DNA of 52,329 bases, taken from the sequence record MT446419.1, one strand, 5' to 3'. The DNA comes from Escherichia virus TH53. Below, one piece after another: positions 26,723 to 37,293 of this stretch. Within the stretch, counting starts at the first letter, position 1; the number at the start of each line of letters is the position of its first letter. The notes under the pieces are model-generated. The model was given only the letters and a program-made list of their open reading frames with translations, made no database searches and was not told where the DNA came from. Position numbers and translations under genes: made by a program.

Positions 26723-28760
26723 AAACAAAGAGAACGAATCAATGTCAAAGACTGATGACCTCGGACCGGAGTTTAATGATACAGTAGCCTCGTATCTCGC
26801 CAAACACTACGGTGACGTATTAAAAGTCTCAAGAGAAAGATTCTGTATTCTATCTTTGCCATTGCTCCGTCGATATATTTCAGAAAACACTGCAATAGTT
26901 GACAGCTATGAAGAACAAATTCAAGCAGAGTTAGAAGGCCAGGGTCTTGAAAACGATGCTGTACTGCGTTCCGTTTTCAGAGCACAACTTGAGCGTCTTC
27001 GCTCTGGCGACAAGAAAGACTCGACTGCCTATGCAGATGAGTTGAAGAAAGGTATTCAAGCAGGTGTTACTGACCGTGTTGCAGGTTCCACATTGGAGGA
27101 GCCAAACTCGGAACATGATAACACCGAGGAACTTGTAGACAAGATTCTGCATGACCCACATAACGTGGACCCAACTGTAATCCCTGCCAAGGTTGCAGAA
27201 CGTGTTCGCAAAATCTTGATGAAAAGTTTCGAAGCCTTTGGTAAATGGCAGTTCCACATTCAAATGGGATTTCCATTTCAAGCACAAGACTTTCACGATG
27301 TAATATTCAGTGTTGGTCAGAAGGTTGTTGACGGTGAGATTGACCGCTTAATAGTGACCATTCCACCACGACACTCTAAGACCCAGCTTATGAGTATTGC
27401 ATTGCCCTTGTATTCATTTTGCCACAATGAATCAAGCCATAACATTATTACCTCGTATGCAGAAGACGTTGTTCTTGAATCGAGTGGCTACATCCGTGCT
27501 GTAATGATGGACCCACTGTTCCAACGCATATTCCCGAAGGTGAGAATCGACCCTAACAAACGTTCTCTTGAACGCTGGGGTACAACCAAAGCTGGAGTTA
27601 TGCACGCAGTACCTACTGGTGGTAAGCTAACTGGTAAAGGTGCTGGACTTCTTGTTGCAAAATACTCCGGTTGTTTCGTGGTGGATGACGTTATCAAACC
27701 GAAAGATGCCTACTCTGACACAGTTCGAGCAGAAATCAACGACCGATTTGATAACACCTTTATGTCACGTCTTGCCAACGATGGTTGCATAACTGATTCG
27801 TACGGAAACCAAATTAAGTGTGCCCGTACACCAATGGTTATCATTATGCAGCGAGTTCACGACCAGGATTTAGTTGGTTACATACTCCGTGGTGGCTCTT
27901 CTGACAAATACCATTATCTCAATATCCCAGCGATTATTGAGAAAGGTGTTGGGAGTGCTGAATGGTATGATAAGCTAATCAAGAAGCAGAACTATACTCA
28001 TGCTATTCCCATTCTGTATAATTTGAACAGGAAGGAAGAGAAGTCTGCATTATGGCCTTCACGTAAGAGTTTAGAATCTCTGGAGGCAATGAAAGAGTCT
28101 AACCCATACACATACAATTCACAGTATGCTGGCGACCCATCTGCACAAGGCCACGGCCTTATCAAAGAAGATTGGTGGCAAGAGTATGAGCCAGACGTTT
28201 TCGACAGAAGTCGCATAGTCAGAAGTTTTATTACAGCGGATACAGCATCAACTGCCAAGTCTTATTCTGATTATTCGGTCCTTAAGCATTGGGGCGTGAC
28301 TAAAGAGCGTGATGTTTATTGTTTAGATATTATGCTCGGTAAGTTTGAAACTCCAGAACTCAAGACTGCTATTATCGACTTCTGGAACAAATGCAACAAG
28401 TTGGACTTGAAATGTGTAGGTTGTATTCCTCGTGCACTGTACATGGAAGACAAGTCTGCCGGACAATTCTTGAACCAACAATTTATCAGAGATGGGAGTG
28501 TCCGAGTTTTACCATTGCCTCGTGATGGGATTAATGGTAATGACAAGGTAACTCGATTCCTTAACGCAATCCCATATTTCTCGCAAAAGAGAATATTCTT
28601 CCCTGCTGGTCATGAACACATTGACCACGTTAGACGTGAAATACTTGGATTCACTTCTTTGGGTAGTGGTACTGGACACGACGATTGCGTCGATAACGTT
28701 TCAGATATGGTTGCAATCGAATTCTCAGGCCCAAGTGCCAACTACTCCGCATGGATGTAA
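26715..28760 (+). CDS. terminase large subunit
   Basis: Size and position before portal; Walker B-like CFVVDDV; C-terminal nuclease-like ITADTASTAKSYSDYSV. Alternative ATG start at 26742. Confidence 0.75.
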   Translation: MIKNKENESMSKTDDLGPEFNDTVASYLAKHYGDVLKVSRERFCILSLPLLRRYISENTAIVDSYEEQIQAELEGQGLENDAVLRSVFRAQLERLRSGDKKDSTAYADELKKGIQAGVTDRVAGSTLEEPNSEHDNTEELVDKILHDPHNVDPTVIPAKVAERVRKILMKSFEAFGKWQFHIQMGFPFQAQDFHDVIFSVGQKVVDGEIDRLIVTIPPRHSKTQLMSIALPLYSFCHNESSHNIITSYAEDVVLESSGYIRAVMMDPLFQRIFPKVRIDPNKRSLERWGTTKAGVMHAVPTGGKLTGKGAGLLVAKYSGCFVVDDVIKPKDAYSDTVRAEINDRFDNTFMSRLANDGCITDSYGNQIKCARTPMVIIMQRVHDQDLVGYILRGGSSDKYHYLNIPAIIEKGVGSAEWYDKLIKKQNYTHAIPILYNLNRKEEKSALWPSRKSLESLEAMKESNPYTYNSQYAGDPSAQGHGLIKEDWWQEYEPDVFDRSRIVRSFITADTASTAKSYSDYSVLKHWGVTKERDVYCLDIMLGKFETPELKTAIIDFWNKCNKLDLKCVGCIPRALYMEDKSAGQFLNQQFIRDGSVRVLPLPRDGINGNDKVTRFLNAIPYFSQKRIFFPAGHEHIDHVRREILGFTSLGSGTGHDDCVDNVSDMVAIEFSGPSANYSAWM

Positions 28761-28975
28761 ATATGGCGGTTATCACTCGTTTAGATGCCCGCTCACGCAA
28801 GAACAACTCCTTCCAGATTCAAGATTTGGAAGGAAACATTTTATGTGTGATTGAGGCAGTTTCTACCACAGAGAGCGACTGTGTTAAGTTAAAGCACGAG
28901 TCAAATCTGCGACTCCACACCTCCGACAACATTCAAATTGTTAAAGGTAATGGAACTATTCTAAGGAAGAAATAA
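28751..28975 (+). CDS. hypothetical protein
   Basis: Small ORF between terminase and portal. Confidence 0.4.
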   Translation: MDVNMAVITRLDARSRKNNSFQIQDLEGNILCVIEAVSTTESDCVKLKHESNLRLHTSDNIQIVKGNGTILRKK

Positions 28976-30291
28976 TGACTTCCAAGAAGAAAAACAATCT
29001 TTCTGTTAAAGTTGCAGATGGGTTAGAAAACCTTGTAACGGGGTTGGGCGGTCAGGCAGATAAGTCCACTTTTAACCAGTGGACTTTCTCAAACAAGAAC
29101 GCGAACTATCGCGAACTTATGAACCGCTTCCGTGAGGACTGGGTTGCACAGAAAGTGTGTACCGTCATTCCTCAAGATATGACGCGTAAGTGGCGGCATA
29201 TTGATACAGAAGAGGGACGCAAAGCGGATAAGAAACTTCGTATTCGTAAGCTGTTCCGTGAGGCGTATCAATGGGCCAGATTGTATGGGACTTCGTTTGT
29301 TCTGCTCGACCTAAAAGGTACGGGCAAACTCGATACACCATTGCGACTGGATAACTTGAAGACTGGATGTATTAAATCCATGAGAGTTATTGACCGCTCA
29401 CGCTTATTTGCCGCAGGGACTATGGTTCTGGACCCTTTGAGTCCTCACTATGGTTTGCCAGAGTATTATACTTTGGCTGGGTATTCCGGCTATATCCACT
29501 ACACTCGCTTTCTTCGGTTCGAGGGTACTGAACTGCCGCTGTTCGAATTCCAACGAAACATGTGGTATTCTGATTCGGTACTTATTCCACTGCTGAAAAC
29601 GATTGACCAATTCTACACAACTGCTGCTGCTGCTGCCAGCCTTGCCCAAGAAGCCACCATTGATGTGGTAACTGTTGAAGGCTTACAATCTCTGCTTACA
29701 TCACCGGAAGGTGAAGCTGCTGTGATGAAGCGCTTCAAGCTCATGAAGCTGGCAAAGAGTATTTATAACGTCTTAATTCTCGACAACACTGAGAAGTATG
29801 ACACCAAGTCAATTGCACTATCTGGTGTGAAAGATTTGATTTGGGAATACTTAAAGATAGTTGCTGCCGCAGTTGGTATTCCGGCTACACGTTTCCTTTC
29901 TGCATCTCCAGACGGTATGAATGCTACGGGCGAATCTGACCTCGTAAACTATATCGACTTGTTGACTGGCTTGCAGACTTCTGTGTTCGACCCTCGTTTA
30001 GATGTGGTAGACAAGATTGTCCAGGCGCACTTTGGCATCGAAGAATATGACTACGAATGGTTAGATATCTTCCCTGAATCCAATGTTGAGAAAGCGAAGC
30101 GAGCTAAAGATTTGGCATTCGCTGTTGACCTGCTGGTTAACAACGGCACCATAACCACTGAAGTTGCAAACGAAGTCATGTTCCATTCGGGCGTGTTCGG
30201 AACTTGTGGCCTTGGAAAGCCAAATCCTAATCCTCCTAACATCCAAAAGGGTAACGCAAGTGAAGCAAAACCAAAACCTGGTTCAGCTTAA
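28975..30291 (+). CDS. portal protein (putative)
   Basis: Inference from size and position after terminase; AAGGAAG RBS. Confidence 0.55.
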   Translation: MTSKKKNNLSVKVADGLENLVTGLGGQADKSTFNQWTFSNKNANYRELMNRFREDWVAQKVCTVIPQDMTRKWRHIDTEEGRKADKKLRIRKLFREAYQWARLYGTSFVLLDLKGTGKLDTPLRLDNLKTGCIKSMRVIDRSRLFAAGTMVLDPLSPHYGLPEYYTLAGYSGYIHYTRFLRFEGTELPLFEFQRNMWYSDSVLIPLLKTIDQFYTTAAAAASLAQEATIDVVTVEGLQSLLTSPEGEAAVMKRFKLMKLAKSIYNVLILDNTEKYDTKSIALSGVKDLIWEYLKIVAAAVGIPATRFLSASPDGMNATGESDLVNYIDLLTGLQTSVFDPRLDVVDKIVQAHFGIEEYDYEWLDIFPESNVEKAKRAKDLAFAVDLLVNNGTITTEVANEVMFHSGVFGTCGLGKPNPNPPNIQKGNASEAKPKPGSA

Positions 30292-31324
30292 CGACGAAGA
30301 TACCGTGAATGAAGTAGTTTTGTTGAACGACAAGGCTACTTTAACGACCCGTCGTTTACGTGACTCTGGCGAAATGATTGCAGAATGCACCATCGCTCGT
30401 ACTGGCATTATGCTATACAAAGCGAAAGAACTTGGTGAAATTGCAAAACATCTGGACCCAGAATCTATTTGCCGTGTTCGCACCAAGCCGGAAGTATTAT
30501 TTGACGAAGCAACCATCGAAGGCTGTCGTTCAATTCCGGTAACTATCGGCCATCCGAAAAATGATGTTAACATTAAGAACAACAAAGAACTCCAGAAAGG
30601 GTTCATCGAAGGGCGTCCAGTTGCAGACGGCTCTTTCTTGGCTGCATCAATCGTTTTGAATGACGAGCAAGCTATTCGATTAGTTGATTCTGGTGTTGAC
30701 CAAATCTCCTTGGGCCATAATGCTGAACTGGCTGTATCAGAAGATGATGAAGCCGACTTCGATAAAGTTCGCATTATCCCTAACCATGCTGCAATTGTTG
30801 TTCGTGGTCGTGCTCAGACTACTCGCATTGGTGACTCTGGTGAAGAGATTGCCATTGTTGATAAGGCAACCTTTGACGTTGTTGAAGCAGAGCGTGATGC
30901 AGCGCTTGACAAGATTAGTGCCCTTGAACAGAAACTTGCTGATGCAGAAACTGCACGACTATCCGATGAAGCTATTCAGGCTGAGGTAGACAAACGTGTA
31001 GTTGCTCGTACAGCACTGCTTGTTGATGTGGCCCGTCTTGGCGACGAGTTCTCCAACCTAGATTTCTCCGGCAAGACCGATGCAGAAATTAAGTTGGCTG
31101 TAGTTAATAAATTGCATGACAAGGATTTCAGCGATAAGAGCGAAGACTATATCTCCGCCCGTTTCGATGCGGCTCTTGAAGATTGCGATTCCATTACTTT
31201 GGGAGATGCCCTGAATCAGTCTATGCAATTCGCTGCTAAGAAAGATTCAGAAGCTCGTAAACCTAAAGTTTCTATTTCCGAAGAAGCTAACAAACGTCGT
31301 TTAGAACGCTTCAACTCTTTATAA
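30260..31324 (+). CDS. head scaffolding / prohead protease-like protein (putative)
   Basis: Between portal and capsid genes; C-terminal coiled coil (EQKLADAETARLSDEAIQAEVDKR). GTG start inferred; track ORF opens at 30164. Confidence 0.4.
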   Translation: MKQNQNLVQLNDEDTVNEVVLLNDKATLTTRRLRDSGEMIAECTIARTGIMLYKAKELGEIAKHLDPESICRVRTKPEVLFDEATIEGCRSIPVTIGHPKNDVNIKNNKELQKGFIEGRPVADGSFLAASIVLNDEQAIRLVDSGVDQISLGHNAELAVSEDDEADFDKVRIIPNHAAIVVRGRAQTTRIGDSGEEIAIVDKATFDVVEAERDAALDKISALEQKLADAETARLSDEAIQAEVDKRVVARTALLVDVARLGDEFSNLDFSGKTDAEIKLAVVNKLHDKDFSDKSEDYISARFDAALEDCDSITLGDALNQSMQFAAKKDSEARKPKVSISEEANKRRLERFNSL

Positions 31325-31333
31325 GGTAAGACA

Positions 31334-31807
31334 ATGCCAAAGCAAGATTGGTCTATTAATACTGGTGAAGCATATGCAGGTGAACAATACGGCCTGGCTA
31401 CCACCAACTCCCAGCGCCTGACTTACGTTGCCGAAGAAGAAATGGCAAACTTTGGTCTGGCTGTTGTTCAAGGCACGGCATCCAATCAGGTTAAGCCTGG
31501 TATTGAATCCGACGGCACTGTTCTGGGCATTACTATGCGCCAGATTAACATCGAATCTGCCACTCGTCCTGGCGACGGCACTGTTGCAATTAAAGTTGGC
31601 TGGCCTCTGGGTGTTATGCTGTCTGGCCCAATCATGGTCAAACTGAAAACCGCAATCACCGACAAGAACATTGGCGTATCCACTAAAGGTGAATTTGGTG
31701 GCGTTGGTGCTGGGTACACTAAGGCAACCAACCTGACTGCCCTGCGTTATCCGGCTTCCGCTGGTGATGTTGTTCCGGTCATGATTAACGTAGTCCCAAA
31801 GCCGTAA
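31334..31807 (+). CDS. head-associated structural protein (candidate decoration protein), short form
   Basis: Strong RBS directly upstream of the major capsid gene; ends 5 nt after a CCCAAAG slippery site. Confidence 0.55.
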   Translation: MPKQDWSINTGEAYAGEQYGLATTNSQRLTYVAEEEMANFGLAVVQGTASNQVKPGIESDGTVLGITMRQINIESATRPGDGTVAIKVGWPLGVMLSGPIMVKLKTAITDKNIGVSTKGEFGGVGAGYTKATNLTALRYPASAGDVVPVMINVVPKP

Positions 31808-32100
31808 CGCCACCTCCAGCTCCTACAGTATCTGCTGTAGCAGGAGTTGTAACTGCTGACGCATCTGTATCTGATGCTACTGTAACTGTGGACAAGCTGT
31901 TTAAGTTTGAGAACTCTACAGCAACAGACTATAACTTCGCTGTTACACCTCCCGTGACTGGTGTTTCCGTGGCGGCAAACGGCACTGTGACTGTCCTGAA
32001 TGAGACAACCACAGATACTTCTGCGACAATCAAGGCAACAAATAAAACAGCATCTGGCGTAACTGCAACCAAAGAAATTACCATTACGCCGAAGGCTTAA
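31334..32100 (+). CDS. predicted -1 frameshift fusion adding a Pro/Thr linker and Ig-like domain
   Basis: Seen: slippery heptamer C-CCA-AAG at 31795-31801; -1 frame open from 31789 to 32100 encoding TPPPAPTVS... and a beta-rich T/V/A segment. Confidence 0.45.
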
Positions 32101-32122
32101 GTTGCACTGGCGCAATTAATAG

Positions 32123-33163
32123 TTGCGCCTCACCAAACAATATGGATTAAATTACATGCCTAAGATGATTAAACTGGCGGACGGTTCTGAATTCGAACTG
32201 AACGACGCTATCACCCGTATTCAGGATTCTGGCACTGTTGTCCTGAATGACGACGATGCAGTATTCTTTCAACGCCAGCTTGAGTTCATTGAAGCTCAAA
32301 CTTATGACACTCTGTATCCAGAACTGGAAGCTCGTGCTGCTTTCGGTGTGGACACCACTGGTGGCGCTGGCGTAAACACTCTGACCTACCGTTCTTACAA
32401 CCATGTCGGTAAAGCCCAGGTAATTAACGCCCGTGCAACCGACCTGCCGAAGTCCAGCATTTCTGGTAAAGAATACAGCATCCCTGTTAAATCAGTTGGT
32501 ACTGCATTCGACTACGATATTGACGAAGTAGCGTCTGCTGCTGTTACTGGCCTACCGCTGGAAACCCGTAAAGCAAATGCTGCTATTCGTGGTTACGAAC
32601 AGTATGTTAACTCCGCTGCATGGTACGGCGATAAAGCTAACGGCTTTGTTGGCTTCTTCGAAAACCCAGACATTACCAAAGCAACTGTTGCTGCTGGTGC
32701 TGGTGGTTCTACCAAGTGGGCTGAGAAGACTCCGACCGAAGTTATTGCCGACCTGACCACTGCTGTGTCTGCAATGTATGCCTCTACTCTGAAAATCATG
32801 CGCCCGGATGAAATCTGGATGCCTGTTGAGCATGAGCAGTACATCTTCAACACTGCACGTTCTGAGCAGTCTGACAAGACGATTGGTCAGTTCTTCATTG
32901 ACAACAACCAGTTCATCAACTCCCGCGATAAAATCAAGGGTCTGAACGCAATCAAAGGTCACGGCGACGCTGGTTCTGATTGCTTCGTTGTTGTTTGCCG
33001 CAATGCAATGGGCAACCGCACTTTCCGTCTGCGTGAACCTCTGCCGCTGACCTGGCAACCGGTACAGCTTCATGGCCTGGTTTATGAAGTTTCTGGCCGT
33101 GGTCGTTTCGCTGGCTTCCAGGCGATGTATCCGGCAGCAATCTCCATCAACTCCGGCATCTGA
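32123..33163 (+). CDS. major capsid protein (putative)
   Basis: 346 aa, in capsid position after scaffold-like gene. Start uncertain (TTG 32123, ATG 32156 or 32165). Confidence 0.65.
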   Translation: MRLTKQYGLNYMPKMIKLADGSEFELNDAITRIQDSGTVVLNDDDAVFFQRQLEFIEAQTYDTLYPELEARAAFGVDTTGGAGVNTLTYRSYNHVGKAQVINARATDLPKSSISGKEYSIPVKSVGTAFDYDIDEVASAAVTGLPLETRKANAAIRGYEQYVNSAAWYGDKANGFVGFFENPDITKATVAAGAGGSTKWAEKTPTEVIADLTTAVSAMYASTLKIMRPDEIWMPVEHEQYIFNTARSEQSDKTIGQFFIDNNQFINSRDKIKGLNAIKGHGDAGSDCFVVVCRNAMGNRTFRLREPLPLTWQPVQLHGLVYEVSGRGRFAGFQAMYPAAISINSGI

Positions 33164-33209
33164 TAAATAGGGCGGGACTGTTCTCGCCCATAACTTAAGA
33201 GAAATAGTA

Positions 33210-33650
33210 ATGCAGATTAAGAACAACGAATCACGCAACCTTCAATTCTTCTTCTATAAGAAGGGAAAGTCTGGCAAATCTGAGCTGGACTTTGTTCACA
33301 TTCCTGGTGGCGCAACTGTAGAAATCGACGATGAAATCTACAAATCTCTTACGGCATCTCTGACGGAAGTTGAAGAACTGCGCGAAGAAGTGGTTCCGCT
33401 TGATGACGAGAATATCGGTGCTTCTGTTAAGACCGGTAAAGAAGCTCTTGTCATTAAAGAGTATTACAGCACCGGCAAAACTCGCAAAGTCAACCTGGTT
33501 AAAGAAGCAATCAAAGCTGGCTCTCTTACCATTGTTGAACGTGTAAAAGTTGGTATGCCTGACATTGATGCTATTCTGACTAAGAATGGTATTGATATTA
33601 AGGGTATGCCGGAAGACGTTAAACTGGCACTCTACGATAAGTTGGCGTAA
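33210..33650 (+). CDS. hypothetical structural protein
   Basis: Position between capsid and tail modules. Confidence 0.5.
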   Translation: MQIKNNESRNLQFFFYKKGKSGKSELDFVHIPGGATVEIDDEIYKSLTASLTEVEELREEVVPLDDENIGASVKTGKEALVIKEYYSTGKTRKVNLVKEAIKAGSLTIVERVKVGMPDIDAILTKNGIDIKGMPEDVKLALYDKLA

Positions 33651-34040
33651 ATGATAACACTGACCGATTTGGTTAAACGTTATCCGGCAATGGCTGACAT
33701 GACCCCTGAGCGTTTTGATATTTTAGTTGAAGATGCAAAACTTATCATGGGGACAATCGAATCGCGTTGGTGTGGGTTTTATAACCCAGCTATGGCATCA
33801 CTTATTGCGCATTGGTCTGCAACAATTGACGACCTAATGCCTGGTGATGCCGCAATGCCAGCTATGCCTGTTAGTCGTACCGATGTGGACGATGTTCAGG
33901 TAGAGTTTAGCGACCGAATCATTTCAACAATTCCTTATGTTGAAGCTGATTTCATGTCTACTGTGTACGGTCAACGTTACTTGCAATGGCGGCGAATGGC
34001 ATTTGCTGGGCCGAGGGTTAGCCCTGGGTCGCAGTTTTGA
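33651..34040 (+). CDS. head-tail connector / completion protein (putative)
   Basis: Position; translationally coupled. Confidence 0.4.
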   Translation: MITLTDLVKRYPAMADMTPERFDILVEDAKLIMGTIESRWCGFYNPAMASLIAHWSATIDDLMPGDAAMPAMPVSRTDVDDVQVEFSDRIISTIPYVEADFMSTVYGQRYLQWRRMAFAGPRVSPGSQF

Positions 34041-34399
34041 TTAACCAGCGTCGAGCATTTAACCGCTACACAACCACTCGTATGTATCTTGAGGTATATC
34101 AAGAAGGTTACTACGATGACAAAAATAATTGGGTTGGTGATTCATATGCTCCAAAGAAACCCATCCGATGTACTCCCATACCTTATGGTGACAGGGATTC
34201 TGGCGTAAGCGGTCAATCGCTTAAGGCTACAGAAGTCGGAGAGCGCCAACCTGCATTCATGCAAGTACATTCCCGAACTGAAATGCCGATGAAGTCTATC
34301 CTTACTATCTACGGCCTTCGTTATAAAGTTATTTCTGTTTCTGACTACGCAGCTGCTGGGTTCTTTGAAGTCATTGCTGCTAAGGAGTTAGAGAAATGA
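34037..34399 (+). CDS. head-tail joining protein (putative)
   Basis: Position; ATGA overlap. Confidence 0.4.
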   Translation: MINQRRAFNRYTTTRMYLEVYQEGYYDDKNNWVGDSYAPKKPIRCTPIPYGDRDSGVSGQSLKATEVGERQPAFMQVHSRTEMPMKSILTIYGLRYKVISVSDYAAAGFFEVIAAKELEK

Positions 34400-34908
34400 T
34401 TTACGATGAAGATATTCAGGCGATGAAGGATATTGTGGACGTCTGCGTTGGCGTCCCACGCTTCTCCTATGAGATGCAAGTAAACGCACCTCGACCATCT
34501 GAAAACTATGCCGCAATAAAGTGCGTGTCGTCAGTTAACCCAGGCTTTGACGAAACTCGAATCGAAGTCCGAAATGGCGAGGAAGTATTTGTTACGAGAG
34601 GGATTCGAATCTTAACCTTCTATATTCTCTTCTCACGTCGTGGGAGTGAGTATGTTAAGTTTGACAACTCCTTCTTCCGTCCAGATGTTCAGGCTATGCT
34701 TAAGAGCAAAGGCTTTGCAACACTTGACAAAAATCCACTGAATCTTGCCTCGTTAACTCTTGAGACAAATTGGGAATTCCGAGAAGGAATCCAAATTAAA
34801 TTCAATGTTCTTCGTGAAGACGTAATGAATATTGGAACAATGTCTGACGCCAGTGTTGGCGGCAAATTCTACGATGGTGGTGAACCCATCTTAATTAAGG
34901 GAATCTAA
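34396..34908 (+). CDS. tail completion protein (putative)
   Basis: Position directly upstream of the sheath gene. Confidence 0.4.
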   Translation: MIYDEDIQAMKDIVDVCVGVPRFSYEMQVNAPRPSENYAAIKCVSSVNPGFDETRIEVRNGEEVFVTRGIRILTFYILFSRRGSEYVKFDNSFFRPDVQAMLKSKGFATLDKNPLNLASLTLETNWEFREGIQIKFNVLREDVMNIGTMSDASVGGKFYDGGEPILIKGI

Positions 34909-36357
34909 ATGGCAATTCCAATTTCCGATATCATCCAGGTCAACATTGCGGTATCTCCTAACGCTGTTGCCGTGGAAGGTTTTGGTCCGCTCTTGTTCTT
35001 GAGCAAGCAGTTTGTTCCAGCACCAGGCGAACGTGTTCCTGTTCGTCAGTATTCCAGCATGGCTGCTGTTTCTGCCGATTTCCCATCTGGTGAAATCTAC
35101 CAGGCTGCTTTGGCATGGTACTCTCAGAAACCGACTCCGAAGTATTTCCTTGTGGGTGCTATCACTCATGAAGATGTTACTCCGGCAACTCCAGGCACTG
35201 TTACTGCATCTGCTGCCGCAACCCTGGAAACTATCACTGCGCTGACTAATGGTGTGTTGTCTATTAACGTTGATGGCGTAGACCGTTCTACGGCTCCAAT
35301 CAACTTCTCTTCGGCCTCTAACTTTGATGCCGCTGCCTCTATGGCAAACGCTGCATTTGTTGCTGCTGGCATTCCCGTAACCATGTCCAACAAGACTGGC
35401 ACCTTTAAGGTCGTTGCCAAGTCCGAAGGCTCTAACTCCATTATTGGCGATGTTTACGGCTCTGCTGCTCCAGCATTTAAACTTGATGCAGATTCAAGTC
35501 CGGTGTATGTGCATGGTACTGATGAAGTGTCTGTAGGCACAGACCTGAATGCAATCCTGAACTCAACGTTCAACTTCTTCTTCGTTGCAATCGACCGCAA
35601 ATATCGTGGCAGTGCTGCCGGTAATGTTCAGATGACTGTTGCTAAGTGGGCAGAAGCAAATGAGAAGGTGTTTGGCTGGGCTGACAGTGATAAACAGATT
35701 CTGGTTGCTGGTGCTGAATCTAGCTTCAAGCGAGCTAAAGAGCAGAACCTGCAGCGTACCCTGCTGGTATATGATGCCTCTGACAATGGTGACGAGTATC
35801 CGGAGATTTCTATCCTGGGCCGTGCATCTACTGTCAACTTCAACGTTGCAAACTCTTCACTCGTTCTGGCATTTAAACAAGGTCCGGCTATCAAGACTGC
35901 TGACCTGTCCCCGAACCAGCTCGCTGCACTTGAGCGTGTAAATGGTAACGCATTCATCAACGTTGGTGGGAACACTATGTTCTACAACGGCAAGATGGCT
36001 GACGGCACTTGGTTCGATACCGTTCAGGGTGTATCTTGGCTGACCTCTAAAGTTCGTGCCAACGTGTTCAACCTGTTCTACACTTCTACGACCAAGATTC
36101 CTTGGACCGATACTGGTGTGGCTCTGGTAAACCAACAGGTTACTCTGGCTCTTGAACTGGCTGTGACCAATGGTCTGATTGCTCCAGGTTACGACAATGA
36201 AGGCAACTTCTATCCGGATGGCTACAAAGTCTTGTCTACCGACTTGGCTCTGATGCAATCTCAGAAAGGTGCTCGTATCTGGGAAGGTACTTCCTTCATT
36301 GCGATTGGTTCTGGTGCACTGCAAGGTGCAGTTATCTCCGGCAACTTCGTTCAGTAA
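34909..36357 (+). CDS. tail sheath protein (putative)
   Basis: Inference from order: 482-aa protein followed by a 151-aa tube-sized protein, a frameshifted chaperone and the tape measure. Confidence 0.6.
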   Translation: MAIPISDIIQVNIAVSPNAVAVEGFGPLLFLSKQFVPAPGERVPVRQYSSMAAVSADFPSGEIYQAALAWYSQKPTPKYFLVGAITHEDVTPATPGTVTASAAATLETITALTNGVLSINVDGVDRSTAPINFSSASNFDAAASMANAAFVAAGIPVTMSNKTGTFKVVAKSEGSNSIIGDVYGSAAPAFKLDADSSPVYVHGTDEVSVGTDLNAILNSTFNFFFVAIDRKYRGSAAGNVQMTVAKWAEANEKVFGWADSDKQILVAGAESSFKRAKEQNLQRTLLVYDASDNGDEYPEISILGRASTVNFNVANSSLVLAFKQGPAIKTADLSPNQLAALERVNGNAFINVGGNTMFYNGKMADGTWFDTVQGVSWLTSKVRANVFNLFYTSTTKIPWTDTGVALVNQQVTLALELAVTNGLIAPGYDNEGNFYPDGYKVLSTDLALMQSQKGARIWEGTSFIAIGSGALQGAVISGNFVQ

Positions 36358-36367
36358 GGTGCGATAA

Positions 36368-36823
36368 GTGAAACAATATTCTTTCTATAATACCGACCTC
36401 ATTATCGACGGTGCTCGTGTAGATGGTTTTACTTCTGGTAACTCCATCATCACTGCTCGTCGTAACGCACCTCAACATCTGCCTGTTATTGACGCGTATG
36501 GTAAGTTGGCTGTAGCTACTACGGCGGACTTATCCGGTACTATTACTTTCCCGCTTCTGCAAACCGCAGACTGGAACGAAATCCTGTACAGCCGTGCTCA
36601 GTTAACTCAGGCAACTGGCCTGTCTGGTAACAAATCTCTGTGGCAACCGCTCCAGATTCAGATTGTTGACAAGATGGGTGATGTGCTGGTCAATGGTGTA
36701 AACGGCGCTATCTTGCAGCAACCTGCAATTCAGCGTGGTGTGTCCTTCACGTCTAACGTGTGGTCTATCTTTGTAGAGCGCCTCCAGATTAAGACTGGCT
36801 CTTATCCGGAAATTGGCGTTTAA
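36368..36823 (+). CDS. tail tube protein (putative, GTG start)
   Basis: Size and position between sheath and chaperone. Confidence 0.55.
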   Translation: MKQYSFYNTDLIIDGARVDGFTSGNSIITARRNAPQHLPVIDAYGKLAVATTADLSGTITFPLLQTADWNEILYSRAQLTQATGLSGNKSLWQPLQIQIVDKMGDVLVNGVNGAILQQPAIQRGVSFTSNVWSIFVERLQIKTGSYPEIGV

Positions 36824-36834
36824 TTGGAGTAAGT

Positions 36835-37293
36835 ATGGCTTGTGAATTGCTTCAACGTGAATTCACAAACTCCAAAGGCGAAACAGTGTTAGTCGTTGTT
36901 CGACAATTGTCGGCTTCGGCTGCACTGTCTCTTCACGCGGAGTTGGTAAGCAAGTTAGGCTCACGAGTATTTCCATTCATCGAAGGTAAATATAACTTCG
37001 CTGATATTATATACTTGATGCAGCAAGTAGAGCATACCGTATTCACAGAATTGTTTAAGCGTGTTATCAGCATGCACTCGTCCATAGACGGACAAGAAAT
37101 CAAACCTGCATTATATGATATGCAGTTCAATGGCGAATTGATGTTGTCTTGCCATGTCTTTGCTTTCGTGCTCGAAGCAAACTTCCTTGATTTTTTCAAG
37201 CAAGGGCTCGAAATCAACGAACAGAGACGATTGGAGGCGGAGGAAGCATCCAAGCTGGCAGAGCAGAAGAATTCGAGTCCGGAGACAGTTTAG
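36835..37293 (+). CDS. tail assembly chaperone, short form
   Basis: Position before the tape measure; TTTTTTC slippery site inside the gene. Confidence 0.6.
   Translation: MACELLQREFTNSKGETVLVVVRQLSASAALSLHAELVSKLGSRVFPFIEGKYNFADIIYLMQQVEHTVFTELFKRVISMHSSIDGQEIKPALYDMQFNGELMLSCHVFAFVLEANFLDFFKQGLEINEQRRLEAEEASKLAEQKNSSPETV

Noticed and set aside
32552-33238. 228-aa minus-strand ORF, and other minus-strand ORFs such as 1497-2000 and 30283-30774
   Set aside because: Each is fully antisense to a well-supported + strand gene (capsid, RNAP, scaffold-like); all supported genes are on one strand.
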